From Geobacter sp. UBA5735 (GTDB taxonomy: Bacteria > Desulfobacterota > Desulfuromonadia > Geobacterales > Geobacteraceae), in contig DIFZ01000024.1 of assembly GCA_002419385.1 (NCBI GenBank), positions 749 through 64,748 on the forward strand: a DNA stretch of 64,000 nucleotides, read 5' to 3'. The position numbers and the translations under genes were made by a program. The notes beneath the pieces were generated by a model, which did not search any database, was not told where the DNA came from, and worked only from the letters and a program-made list of their open reading frames with translations. This document shows positions 22,959-32,642 of the stretch, piece by piece. Position 1 is the stretch's first letter. Each line of letters opens with the position of its first letter.

Positions 22959-24119
22959 ATGAGAATCGGTTCATTCGAATTCAACCTTCGCGAGCTTTCC
23001 GGATCTCTCGGCGACATGGGCACCTTCGTGCCGCTGGCAGTCGGGTACATCGCGGTCTGTGGCATGGAGCCCGCAGGGATCCTGCTGATGATGGGCCTGG
23101 CGAATATTGCCACCGGCCTGTACTACCGGCTGCCAATTCCCATCGAACCGATGAAAGTCATCGCCGCCGCGGCAATTGCGCAGCAGTGGCCGCCGTCGAT
23201 GATCCTGGCATCAGGATTCTCCATGGGCATCATCTGGATGCTCATTGCCGCTACAGGGGCGGCCTCCCGTGTAGCGAACCTGACTCCTTCTGCGGTTGTT
23301 CGCGGCATCCAGGTAGCGTTGGGAATTCTTCTGGCAATTGAGGCCGGAAAACTGCTTTCCACCTCCTGGCTTCTGGGCGGACTGGGCCTTGCGATCGGCA
23401 TCGGCTTTCGGAAATGCCGCCATGCGCCGGCGGCCGTTGTGCTGGTTCTGCTGGGAGTCGCGATCATGATGATCAACGGCACGTTCAGCCAGGTCATGAG
23501 CCCGGAGATTACCCTTCCTCACCTTGCCACCTTCAGCCTCGGGGAAGTCTGGCAATCCCTGGTCCAGGCGGGATTTGCCCAGATACCGCTCACCGTGACC
23601 AATGCCACCATCGCCACATCGTGTCTCATTTCCTCCTACTGGCCCGAACGACAGGTCAGTCCGCAGCGGCTTTCCGTCAGCCAGGGGATTATGAACCTGT
23701 TTTCTCCTTTTTTCGGCGGCATGCCCATGTGCCACGGTGCGGGCGGCTTGGCCGGCCAGTACTATTTCGGAGCACGGACCGGCGGCACGAACATAATCGA
23801 AGGAATTATCGAAATCATTCTCGGACTCTTCTTCGCCGCTTCGGTGGCTGGGCTGTTTGCTTCTTTTCCCCAGGCCGTGACCGGAACCATGCTGATGCTC
23901 GTGGGATTTGAGCTCATAAAGTTTGCCCGTGACGTGCGTGGCTCGCGGGACACACTTGCCATGGCAATGACCGTTGCGGTATCCCTGGCGTCAAATATGG
24001 CATTCGGCTTCCTTGCAGGCTTGCTGGTAAACCGAATGCTGCCGTATATGAACACTGAAAAACAGCATCCGAAGAAACCCCGTCAATCTCCCCAAAGATC
24101 ATCCGGGAACGGAGAGTGA
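22959..24119 (+). CDS. MOT1-family (sulfate/molybdate transporter-like) membrane protein
   Basis: Start set at MRIGSFEFNLRELSGSLGDMGTFVPL (the track start at 22815 adds a non-membrane R-rich leader). It is polytopic. The GD(M/L)GT and ...MPMCHGAGGLAGQYYFGARTGG blocks are typical of the putative molybdate transporter family as I remember it. Confidence 0.7.
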   Translation: MRIGSFEFNLRELSGSLGDMGTFVPLAVGYIAVCGMEPAGILLMMGLANIATGLYYRLPIPIEPMKVIAAAAIAQQWPPSMILASGFSMGIIWMLIAATGAASRVANLTPSAVVRGIQVALGILLAIEAGKLLSTSWLLGGLGLAIGIGFRKCRHAPAAVVLVLLGVAIMMINGTFSQVMSPEITLPHLATFSLGEVWQSLVQAGFAQIPLTVTNATIATSCLISSYWPERQVSPQRLSVSQGIMNLFSPFFGGMPMCHGAGGLAGQYYFGARTGGTNIIEGIIEIILGLFFAASVAGLFASFPQAVTGTMLMLVGFELIKFARDVRGSRDTLAMAMTVAVSLASNMAFGFLAGLLVNRMLPYMNTEKQHPKKPRQSPQRSSGNGE

Positions 24120-24258
24120 TGCATCCGGAAAAACGCGGGCAGGCAAAGCCCCGCCCCTCGTTCTCACGTCGTCACTAACAGGCTGTCACTGTTGGAAAAA
24201 ATATGATAGAAAAGAAACAGAAAATACAGATCCTGCACCAAAACCGGAGGGAATTTAC

Positions 24259-25071
24259 ATGCTGAAGGGAAAGAAAATCGGCTTTATCGGCGGCGGCAAC
24301 ATGGCCGAAGCAATCGTAAAAGGCCTGCTTGCCGGGGGAGTTGCCACACACGACATAACCCTCGCCGAACCGGTTGCGCAACGCCGGGACTACCTGCTGG
24401 CCAGCTATGGGGTCACTGCGGTCGACGACAATGGCAGCGCCCTTCAGGCGGCCGACATCGTCATCCTGGCAGTAAAGCCCCAGGTCTGCATGACTGCGCT
24501 CCGATCACTGCCGGGCGATGCGTGTTCAGGAAAGCTCTTCATCTCCATCATGGCCGGAGTAACGACCCAGGCGATTGAAAACGCCCTGGCAAAGGGGGTG
24601 CGCGTGATCCGGGTTATGCCCAACACACCCGCCCTGGTTCTTCAGGCGGCATCAGCCATTGCCCCTGGCACCAGCGCAACCGCCGGTGACCTGTCCCTGG
24701 CTCTTGAAATATTCAATCTGCTGGGCACCGCCTGCACCGTGGAAGAGAAACTTCTGGACGCAGTGACAGGCCTTTCCGGAAGCGGCCCCGCCTATGTGTT
24801 CACGTTCATAGAAGCGCTCTCGGACGCAGGGGTCAAAAACGGCCTTCCGCGGGACAAGGCAACCCTGCTGGCAGCCCAGACCGTGCTGGGTTCCGCCAAA
24901 ATGGTGCTTGATACGGCTGAACATACGGGAGTCCTGAGGGACCGGGTGACCTCGCCGGGGGGAACGACCATCGCCGGCCTGCACGCCCTTGAGCAGGCGG
25001 CTTTCAGGGGCGCGATCATGAATGCCGTTGACATGGCGACAAAGAGATCGGAAGAACTGGGCAAATCCTGA
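24259..25071 (+). CDS. proC: pyrroline-5-carboxylate reductase
   Basis: 270 aa. It has IGFIGGGNMAEAIVKGL and the C-terminal dimerisation block VTSPGGTTIAGL. Confidence 0.9.
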   Translation: MLKGKKIGFIGGGNMAEAIVKGLLAGGVATHDITLAEPVAQRRDYLLASYGVTAVDDNGSALQAADIVILAVKPQVCMTALRSLPGDACSGKLFISIMAGVTTQAIENALAKGVRVIRVMPNTPALVLQAASAIAPGTSATAGDLSLALEIFNLLGTACTVEEKLLDAVTGLSGSGPAYVFTFIEALSDAGVKNGLPRDKATLLAAQTVLGSAKMVLDTAEHTGVLRDRVTSPGGTTIAGLHALEQAAFRGAIMNAVDMATKRSEELGKS

Positions 25072-25078
25072 CAGGCTG

Positions 25079-25927
25079 CTAAAACATGAGACCGTATTCC
25101 CGCTCCAGGTACTGGAACGCCCTCTTGATCCGGGTTTTCAGCGTCACCTCGTTGACCGGCTTGAAAATGCAATCGAAGAAACCCTTGCCAAGCGCTTTGG
25201 CCTCTTCCTCTGTTTCGTTGCTGCCGGCCATCAGAATGAACGGAATATACCGCATTTCCGGCAGATTCCGCAGAGCATCGAACAGGCTGTATGCGTCAAG
25301 CTTCGGCACCATCTTTTCAGTCACGATAACCTGTGGCATCTCGGATATTGCGGTCTTGTAGGCCTCCATCCCATCAGCGGCAACCTTGACCCGATAACCT
25401 TCCTTGACAAGTATCTGATTCCACATCGTTGCCAGCAGGCTGTCTTCCCCGACGAGCAGAAGCGTTTTCTCCTGCTGGAAAGAAGGTTCCTTGCCCAGGT
25501 AGTGCCTGCAGATCGCCTCAGTTATTTCCTTTCTGGTGCCGATAAAGGGGATCACCTTCAGTCCATGATTGGCTGCGATATTGGACACGATTCTGGTCTC
25601 CGTCGGGTCCGCCATTGCCAGAGCAAGTCTGCCATTCTCGATTTTCAGGGGAAACAGCATGTTCTGCATCGCCACGTCCGCAGGAATGATGGCGAGCAAT
25701 TCGGCTGAGAAACTGTGCCGGGCGAAACTTCCGACCACCTTGTAGCCGTACTGTTCCGCAAGAGCCGCGGCAAGCTCTTCGCCGGTTATCAGTTCCGTCT
25801 CTTCAAGCAGGGCGCCCAACCGTTTCTTCAGCCTCTTGGATCGTGCAAGAGTCCTGAGCATGGTCTTTTCCGTAATGAGCCCCTGTTCAATGAATATCTC
25901 ACCCAGCAGCTTTCTCTTCGCCATCAT
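25079..25927 (-). CDS. MshEN (T2SSE_N-type) domain fused to a response-regulator receiver
   Basis: The N-terminus LLGEIFIEQGLITEKTMLRTLARSK...RLGALLEETELITGEELAAALAEQ resembles the tandem MshEN motif. The C-terminal half has LLVGEDS...D...KPV receiver features. Confidence 0.7.
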   Translation of the reverse strand: MMAKRKLLGEIFIEQGLITEKTMLRTLARSKRLKKRLGALLEETELITGEELAAALAEQYGYKVVGSFARHSFSAELLAIIPADVAMQNMLFPLKIENGRLALAMADPTETRIVSNIAANHGLKVIPFIGTRKEITEAICRHYLGKEPSFQQEKTLLLVGEDSLLATMWNQILVKEGYRVKVAADGMEAYKTAISEMPQVIVTEKMVPKLDAYSLFDALRNLPEMRYIPFILMAGSNETEEEAKALGKGFFDCIFKPVNEVTLKTRIKRAFQYLEREYGLMF

Positions 25928-26228
25928 CTCTCCCCGTTGCACGAATCTGTCTATTTCTCATCTTAGTTGCGTATTGTAACCCGAACAGGCCAACAAATCC
26001 ACCAGCAATGAATTCGCAGGCACCTCGACCGCCGCACAAAGTGCGCGTTCCATCCAGCGCATCCAGGAACCTCATCCATGACCTGCTGCAAACGCACAGG
26101 TCATTCCTGCCCGTGCTCTTTGGGGCCCGTCAATGCCAATCCGCAAAGAGTACTGATCGGCCGGACCGCAAAAAACTTTACCGCATTCGGTCAGAGCCCG
26201 TTTCTTGCCGACGACGCATCGGCCGCGG

Positions 26229-26408
26229 TTACCCGCTGTCCCGCGGCTTGTTGCATGACTCGTACAACTCGATCTGTTCCCTGAGCGAAAGCTTGCGCTT
26301 GCGGCAACAAGAATTCCCGCTGCGGAGACACATCCGGCACCTTGCGTCACTGCACCACTGGCAGGACCGGCAATCGGGACACGGGTGTTTTTTGACTTCG
26401 TCACTCAT
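26229..26408 (-). CDS. small cysteine-rich protein (hypothetical)
   Basis: MSDEVKKHPCPDCRSCQWCSDARCRMCLRSGNSCCRKRKLSLREQIELYESCNKPRDSG, with 10 Cys in 59 aa. Its ATG is embedded in the kinase stop (ATGAGTGA). Confidence 0.45.
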   Translation of the reverse strand: MSDEVKKHPCPDCRSCQWCSDARCRMCLRSGNSCCRKRKLSLREQIELYESCNKPRDSG

Positions 26409-28449
26409 CCGCCGATGCCTCCTCCGCTGCATTCACCCCGGCAGCTCCCCCAGTACGTTCGGACTGAGGCGGAGTGTCAAGCGCAGCCCTCACTGCCATC
26501 AAGAGTTCGCCAGGCTTAACCGGTTTCGACAAGAGCGGGACATCCCCTGCATCACACCCATGGGCAGACAGGATGTCACGAGTGTGCCCGCTCATAAAGA
26601 TGATCTTGACTTCCGGCCTGATCTTCCTGATTTCGCACATGATCCGGGCACCGTTCATCTTCGGCATGACAACGTCGCAGAGCAGCAGCCGGATATCGTC
26701 GGCATGTTCCCGGAATTTTTCCAGCACATCCTCTCCATCAGCAGCATCGATCACCTGGTACCCGTACTTTGTCAGGATATGCTTTGTCAGCATGCGGACG
26801 AACCGGTCATCCTCGGCAACAAGTACGGTCTCCCGGTTCCCTGCGGGAAGAAACAGGTTTTCATCCTTTTTACGCTCGATCGTGCCATCGATCAACGGCA
26901 GGTAAACAGAAAAAACCGTTCCTTTTCCCGTCTCGCTCTCAACCTCGATATATCCCTTGTGCTGGGTCACTATACCGAATGCCATCGACAGACCCAGGCC
27001 GGTCCCTTTACCGACTTCCTTGGTGGTAAAGAAAGGGTCGAATATCCTTTCCCTGGTATCCGGATCGATGCCGACGCCCGTATCTGCAACCGAAAGCCTG
27101 GCATACACGCCCGGGCAGTTTTTTTGCGTCTCATCCCCAGGGGAGGGAGAAACTTCGACCATTTCCGTCGTCATGGACAACCGCCCGCCCTGGGGCATCG
27201 CATCCCTGGCATTTGTCACAAGGTTGATGATTATCTGGTCGATCTGCAGCTCATCGGCCATGATGACCAGGTCATCAGTCGACAGCGCGATGCGAAAATC
27301 GATATTCTCCCCCACAAGCCTTTTCAGCAACAGACTGATGTCGCTGACGACAGAATTGAGGTTAACTGCCTTGGGATTCAGGATCTGGCTCCTGCTGAAG
27401 GCAAGCAGCCGCTTTGTCAGCTCCCCTGCCCTGCCCGCAGCTGCGATGATCTGCTCGACATAACTGCGGATGGAACTCTTGGCCTTGATACGACCTTGAA
27501 GCAGCTCTGCGCAATTTTCGATTACGGAAAGGATATTGTTGAAATCATGGGCCACCCCTCCCGCCAGCGTACCAACTGCTTCCATCTTGTGCGCCTGCCG
27601 CAGCTGATGCTCCAGGCGTTCCTGTTCCCTGTCCCTGATCTGGAGCGAATCCGTCATGGTATTGAACGCAGTAGCAAGCTTGCCGATTTCATCCCCAGTC
27701 TCCACCGGCACCTTTTCAAGGGTCGCCCCCGTTCCCATCATCCTGACTCTTTCCGTCAGCCTGTTGAGGGGCCGGGTTATCCCCTTGACGACAAAAAAGA
27801 CGATTACGGTCGCGGCAAGCAGGAAGAAGAGGCCGATGAGGCTGCTGTTCACAATCAGCTTGCCAAGAGATCGATTGAGGATGTTCTTGTCAAACACTAT
27901 CCGGACAAAACCTATCGTCCGATCCCTGTTGCCGAACATGCGGTCAGAGAAAAACAACGCCTCGTCTGTCGTCGTGTCCGGACCGGCCATCACGGGCGCC
28001 CAGAAGTCCACCATGTCCCTTTTTCGATCAATGGACAGGAATTGCCCCACCCTCCTCAGCCGGTTCAACGTTTCCCGTCTTTCCTGTTCAGGAATAGTAA
28101 ACTCCGTCTTCTTGCCTGAAATCCTCTGTTTGGTGTTTTCCGCCAGCACGACGCCTTCCTGGTTGTAGATGGAGACATACAATACTTCCTTGCCCTGCAG
28201 GACGCTGTCGACCGGACCCTTCAGCATGTCAGGGTTCTCCGCGAAGACACCCAGCCGAGCCGTGTCGGCAAGCAGTCTCGTCAGCACTTCGCCCTGCCAG
28301 TCCAGGTATTCCGTCTGTGACCGCCACTCCCTGAAAACAAAGTATCCGGTCAAGGACATGGAGAGAACTACAATGGATACTATGCTCACCAGGAATATCT
28401 TGGCAGCAAATGTTTCACTCAGCATCTTTGGCAAGTTTCTCATATTCAT
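26401..28449 (-). CDS. hybrid sensor histidine kinase/response regulator (2 TM, periplasmic domain, HAMP, HisKA, HATPase_c, REC)
   Basis: 682 aa. It has an H-box (VAHDFNNIL), N/G boxes (NLVTNARDAM, DTGVGI, GTGLGLS) and a C-terminal receiver (VLVAEDD...DVVMPKMNG...KP). Confidence 0.9.
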   Translation of the reverse strand: MNMRNLPKMLSETFAAKIFLVSIVSIVVLSMSLTGYFVFREWRSQTEYLDWQGEVLTRLLADTARLGVFAENPDMLKGPVDSVLQGKEVLYVSIYNQEGVVLAENTKQRISGKKTEFTIPEQERRETLNRLRRVGQFLSIDRKRDMVDFWAPVMAGPDTTTDEALFFSDRMFGNRDRTIGFVRIVFDKNILNRSLGKLIVNSSLIGLFFLLAATVIVFFVVKGITRPLNRLTERVRMMGTGATLEKVPVETGDEIGKLATAFNTMTDSLQIRDREQERLEHQLRQAHKMEAVGTLAGGVAHDFNNILSVIENCAELLQGRIKAKSSIRSYVEQIIAAAGRAGELTKRLLAFSRSQILNPKAVNLNSVVSDISLLLKRLVGENIDFRIALSTDDLVIMADELQIDQIIINLVTNARDAMPQGGRLSMTTEMVEVSPSPGDETQKNCPGVYARLSVADTGVGIDPDTRERIFDPFFTTKEVGKGTGLGLSMAFGIVTQHKGYIEVESETGKGTVFSVYLPLIDGTIERKKDENLFLPAGNRETVLVAEDDRFVRMLTKHILTKYGYQVIDAADGEDVLEKFREHADDIRLLLCDVVMPKMNGARIMCEIRKIRPEVKIIFMSGHTRDILSAHGCDAGDVPLLSKPVKPGELLMAVRAALDTPPQSERTGGAAGVNAAEEASADE

Positions 28450-28461
28450 GGTCGTGTTCCG

Positions 28462-29415
28462 TTACCTGACAATTCGTGCCCTGGCCCTCACATCATCGCT
28501 CATTTTGAGCCGCAGTTTTTTCGAGACTGTTTCATTGACGGTCAAGACCGTATGCTCAGCCTCAGCTGCCTGCAAATCAGCCGTCTTTGCGCCGGACAAA
28601 ATTCTGGCAGCCATTTCTCCCGCCTGGCGCCCCATATCAAAGGGGCTCGCATCAACCGACATCAAGGCGCCGACACCAACGTACTTGGCGGAAAACGCGC
28701 ATACCGGAATGCCGTTTCTCATGGAAAAAAGCATCATTGTCTCAACCGTATCAGGAGTTATCGCCGTTGTGTCCGGAATCATCCAGATTGCATCGACCGT
28801 CCCTTTCATGGCATGCAAAGATTGGGGAACCTCTCGCGGATTGGTCACTTCCTTTGTGCGGATCTCCATCCTGAGCGCCCTGGCCGATACAACGGCCCTT
28901 CTTACGAATTCTCCCGATTTGTCCGGATCATAAACAACACCGATTCTGCGGGCATCAGGCAGCACTCTCCTCATGGCGGACAACTGCTTTTCCGGGGAAA
29001 CCACCATGCTGACGCCGGCAACATTTCTTTCATGAGATAGAATCGAATGCGGATTCAGGACCATGAGGTAGACGAGGGGAATATGATGGTATTTCTTCAC
29101 CTTCCGCAGAGCTTCGGCCCCAACAGCCAGGATCAGGTCCGGCTTGCGCTCCCTGATGGCCTGATCCGCTTCATTGACCCCGAGGACCGCATAAACGGCT
29201 CCCCGGCCATTGCCCTCAAGGGCGGTCCTGAACCCTGCGACAGCCTCGTTGTAAGGGGTGATTCCCATACTCTGTACAACCAGCAGGTATGGATGGTGAG
29301 CCCTGGAATTAACACTGGGAATAATGAGAAAGAAAAGTATGAAGACAATAATACGAAGCATAATCCGGTTCGTATGGACAAATGAGATACGTTTTGATAC
29401 GTTACCTTGCATCAA
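28462..29415 (-). CDS. ABC_sub_bind-type periplasmic substrate-binding protein (sensor partner)
   Basis: 317 aa with a signal peptide (an alternative start MLRIIVF lies at 29361). The fold pattern resembles the putative ABC substrate-binding family that is often found beside sensor kinases. Confidence 0.6.
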   Translation of the reverse strand: MMQGNVSKRISFVHTNRIMLRIIVFILFFLIIPSVNSRAHHPYLLVVQSMGITPYNEAVAGFRTALEGNGRGAVYAVLGVNEADQAIRERKPDLILAVGAEALRKVKKYHHIPLVYLMVLNPHSILSHERNVAGVSMVVSPEKQLSAMRRVLPDARRIGVVYDPDKSGEFVRRAVVSARALRMEIRTKEVTNPREVPQSLHAMKGTVDAIWMIPDTTAITPDTVETMMLFSMRNGIPVCAFSAKYVGVGALMSVDASPFDMGRQAGEMAARILSGAKTADLQAAEAEHTVLTVNETVSKKLRLKMSDDVRARARIVR

Positions 29416-29551
29416 GCCGCAACCCGATTGTTTCAGGTCAAGAGAAATTGTGCCGGCGTCAGGAGAATCTGAGCAGGCATGATTACCGGTCCGGGTTCCC
29501 TATTCGAAACATGGCACATCCGAACGCGCTTTTGAGGTATAGAAATTCATT

Positions 29552-31438
29552 ATGCACAGCTTTGCATTAAAAACAAGCCTGGTTTTGGCATGCCTTGCAC
29601 TCGGTCTTTTTCTGCGGGTCGGAAATTTGCACGCGGCCGAAGGCGACGAAATGGGTGTTCTCGAATTGTTTTATGACGAGAAAAATCTTGTGGTTACACC
29701 AACGAGGACTGCAAAATCCATTTCGCAAATCGCAGAAAACATCACTGTAATTACCGCTGAAGAAATCAAGGGCATGAACGCTCACTCTGTTGCCGAAGTA
29801 GTGAACAATGTCACCGGGATTCAGCTGTTGAATGCCTACGGCCCCGGAAGCAGCCCGGAAGTCCTCGTCCAGGGTGCGGAATCCCGTCATGTGCTCGTGC
29901 TCATCGATGGAGCAAGCCAGAACAATCTCAGCGACGGTTTCCCGGATATCGGCACAATGCGCGTTCAGCATATCGAACGCATCGAAATCGTGAAGGGGCC
30001 GGCATCCTCTTCCTGGGGATCATCGCTTGGAGGAGTGATCAACATCATCACCAAATCCCCTGATGACACCGGAAAGTTCGGCGGAACGCTCGTAACGTCC
30101 ATAGGAGAGCGAAACACCGGCGACTACCGGGGAGAGGCTTCCGGAACGATCGGATCCTTCGGTTACTATCTTTCAGGCGGCGGATTCCTGACCGACGGGC
30201 TGCAATCGAACACCGACCTGCGAAGCGGCAACATCTATTCGAAACTCGAATGGAGACCGTTGAATGACACCGTTTTTACCTTGACAGTGGGATACGATAC
30301 GGGATCCCGGGGTATCGGTGTTCTATCGCTCCCGTATGACAGCATTCTATTCCGAAATCGTTACGACAATTTTTTCTCGTCCCTGTCGCTGAACCAGAGG
30401 ATCAGCGACAGTCTCAGCCTGGATGTTGCCTTCCGCAGCTCGTATCGAAAAATCGCATTGACAATGAAAGAAGCACAAACAGGCATTGCAAGCGAGTATT
30501 CCAGCGGCAAAGACGTAACCCTCGGCGGAAATGCCCGCCTCAGCTGGGAAAAGGGACGAAACAACCTGGCACTCGGAACGGACTTCGATTTCGGTACCCT
30601 GGATTCGCCCAATATCGCCGACGGTCATCAAAGACTGGACAAATGGGCAATCTACTCCAATGACACCATCAGGCTGGGGAGATTCTCCCTGACTCCCGGT
30701 CTTCGATACGATTACACCAGCACTAACGGCGATTTCATAAGTCCGAGCATCGGCGCCACCTGCACCATTGCCGACTCCACGATAATCAGGGGATACATTG
30801 CCAGGGGATTCAACACTCCACCACTCGGTTACACTTTCGGCAGCACGTTGTTCATGGTGCCGAATCCGGATCTGAAAATGGAAAAAGTCTGGTCCTACTC
30901 TGCCGGTTTCGAATCGGCGGCTATCTCCCACCTCTGGGTCAAGGCCACCTTCTTCCATCACGATGTTTCTGATGCCCTGGCGACGAGCATCTTGGCGAGT
31001 GGGTACGCCATCACGGTCAATGCGGGCAAACAGACGAGGGAAGGCGTGGAAGTCGAACTGAAGACGACGCCGGTATTTCACCTGTCGCTGACGGGAGGTT
31101 TCACTTTCATCAATACCAAAGACCGGGCCACCGACGAAGTTCTAAAGAACGTTCCCCGCTATGTCTATGACGTGGGAATTCAGTACGACGACAGCAGGTT
31201 TCTGCGGGCGCTCCTGAAAGGACGGTATATCGACTATAACACCGATCCCGGCAATAACGGCAAATACTCAGCCATGATCTGGGACCTCAATCTGTCGAAG
31301 GAATTCCAGGTCAGCCGAGGGATGACTGCTGAGGCGTTTTTCACCGCACACAATCTGTTCAATGGCGACCAGTATTTCCTGGATGTCTACAAGAACCCCC
31401 GGCGCTGGTTCGAAGGCGGCCTGCGCTTTTCTTTCTGA
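29552..31438 (+). CDS. TonB-dependent outer-membrane receptor
   Basis: 628 aa. It has a signal peptide, a plug (ENITVITAEEIKGMNAHSVAEVVNNVTGI, IEIVKGPASSSWG) and ends in an aromatic residue (...LRFSF). Confidence 0.9.
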   Translation: MHSFALKTSLVLACLALGLFLRVGNLHAAEGDEMGVLELFYDEKNLVVTPTRTAKSISQIAENITVITAEEIKGMNAHSVAEVVNNVTGIQLLNAYGPGSSPEVLVQGAESRHVLVLIDGASQNNLSDGFPDIGTMRVQHIERIEIVKGPASSSWGSSLGGVINIITKSPDDTGKFGGTLVTSIGERNTGDYRGEASGTIGSFGYYLSGGGFLTDGLQSNTDLRSGNIYSKLEWRPLNDTVFTLTVGYDTGSRGIGVLSLPYDSILFRNRYDNFFSSLSLNQRISDSLSLDVAFRSSYRKIALTMKEAQTGIASEYSSGKDVTLGGNARLSWEKGRNNLALGTDFDFGTLDSPNIADGHQRLDKWAIYSNDTIRLGRFSLTPGLRYDYTSTNGDFISPSIGATCTIADSTIIRGYIARGFNTPPLGYTFGSTLFMVPNPDLKMEKVWSYSAGFESAAISHLWVKATFFHHDVSDALATSILASGYAITVNAGKQTREGVEVELKTTPVFHLSLTGGFTFINTKDRATDEVLKNVPRYVYDVGIQYDDSRFLRALLKGRYIDYNTDPGNNGKYSAMIWDLNLSKEFQVSRGMTAEAFFTAHNLFNGDQYFLDVYKNPRRWFEGGLRFSF

Positions 31439-31507
31439 AAAACAGAAAAGCCTTCAGGCGATTCCAGGAGTGAAGCACCATGAAGACACCCTGACCGGAA
31501 AGCTACT

Positions 31508-32608
31508 GTGCCGAAACATACCCTAACAACCGGGTTCTGCTCTTCCAACGATCCCGTGCTCCGTTTCACGCCGACCTGTGATCCTCTCGCGACACATGTT
31601 CATCTGTACAACCTCCTGACCCCCGGGGTTATCCGGGACCGATGCCTTCAACGACATATCGAACGCCTGCGCCACCGTTTCCGGAACTACGCTGCGTGCT
31701 ACCCCTACGGGCTTTGGGCGCCAAGGCTCGTGGTGAACGATGAGATGAGATCGTTAACGGAAACCTATCTGCCCCTGGAGGAAATGGATTCGGCCTTCCG
31801 ACGCCTGTTTGAGCTGGCTCTCAGATATCGTCCGACACCGCTGGCAACGATAGCCGTCTCAGCCACAGACTGGCTCGATTTCCTTACGCAGCACCGGTCA
31901 ACCGTTTCATCAGCCAACCCGGCACACCTGCTGCAGAGCCTTTGCGACAATGAAACGTTCCGCGTCAGCTTCCTGTTCGAGCATTTCCTGCCACGGCGCA
32001 ATGGCGGCGGATTCAACCGCTATCCCCGCCAGTTGGGGTTTCTGAAATGCCATCTCGAACAGAAATTCCGCGGTGACGGAGATGTAATCCGCTGCCTGGA
32101 CGCCGCCTGCGGGACCGGCGAAGGGACTTACGATCTCGCCGGGCTGCTCAGGGACTGCGGGATTCCCGTCGCACGGCAGGGTATCAACGGCTCAACCATC
32201 GAACCTCTGGAGCTCTTCGCCGCAGCCCACGGTTTTTTTCCCCATGACCCGGCAAGGCAATCGAACTTCAGGAGCGTCATGCGATCGCTTATGGATGATA
32301 ATGTGCTTGAAGGAGTGGGGTTTCAGCTTGAGGACATAGCGCTCCCGGGCGGAAAAGACGCAAGCGCCTACGACGTCATCGTGTGCAACGGCCTGCTGGG
32401 AGGCCCGGCCCTTCACGTGGAGGACGATGTGATGCGGACGGTTGCCGCTCTTGCAGGACGGCTTCGGCCCGGCGGCATTTTCCTGGCCGCTGACCGCTTC
32501 CACGGCGGCTGGAAGAAAACCATGCCACCTGCGTGCCTGATGGAAATGGTGTCGCAATGCGGGTTGAATGCAATCATTGCCGGAGAGGGGATCGCTGCCG
32601 TGAAATGA
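31508..32608 (+). CDS. SAM-dependent methyltransferase with an unknown ~180-aa N-terminal domain
   Basis: It has motif I (IRCLDAACGTGEGTYDL) and VIVCNGLLGG. The start is a GTG and is uncertain. Confidence 0.6.
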   Translation: MPKHTLTTGFCSSNDPVLRFTPTCDPLATHVHLYNLLTPGVIRDRCLQRHIERLRHRFRNYAACYPYGLWAPRLVVNDEMRSLTETYLPLEEMDSAFRRLFELALRYRPTPLATIAVSATDWLDFLTQHRSTVSSANPAHLLQSLCDNETFRVSFLFEHFLPRRNGGGFNRYPRQLGFLKCHLEQKFRGDGDVIRCLDAACGTGEGTYDLAGLLRDCGIPVARQGINGSTIEPLELFAAAHGFFPHDPARQSNFRSVMRSLMDDNVLEGVGFQLEDIALPGGKDASAYDVIVCNGLLGGPALHVEDDVMRTVAALAGRLRPGGIFLAADRFHGGWKKTMPPACLMEMVSQCGLNAIIAGEGIAAVK

Positions 32609-32642
32609 ACGCCGAAGCGTTCACACGCCGCGGATTCAGGAA

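Noticed and set aside
26008-28119. 703-aa ORF on the plus strand
   Set aside because: It is antisense to the hybrid histidine kinase, which has all catalytic motifs. The product is Arg/His/Pro/Gly-rich with no recognisable motif. This is a typical shadow ORF of GC-rich DNA.
29416-29551. Possible cobalamin riboswitch upstream of the TonB-dependent receptor
   Set aside because: Fragments such as GCCGCAACC and AAGAGAAAUUGUGCC occur, but in the wrong order. The B12-box/GCCACUG core is missing, so I cannot support the call without cmsearch.
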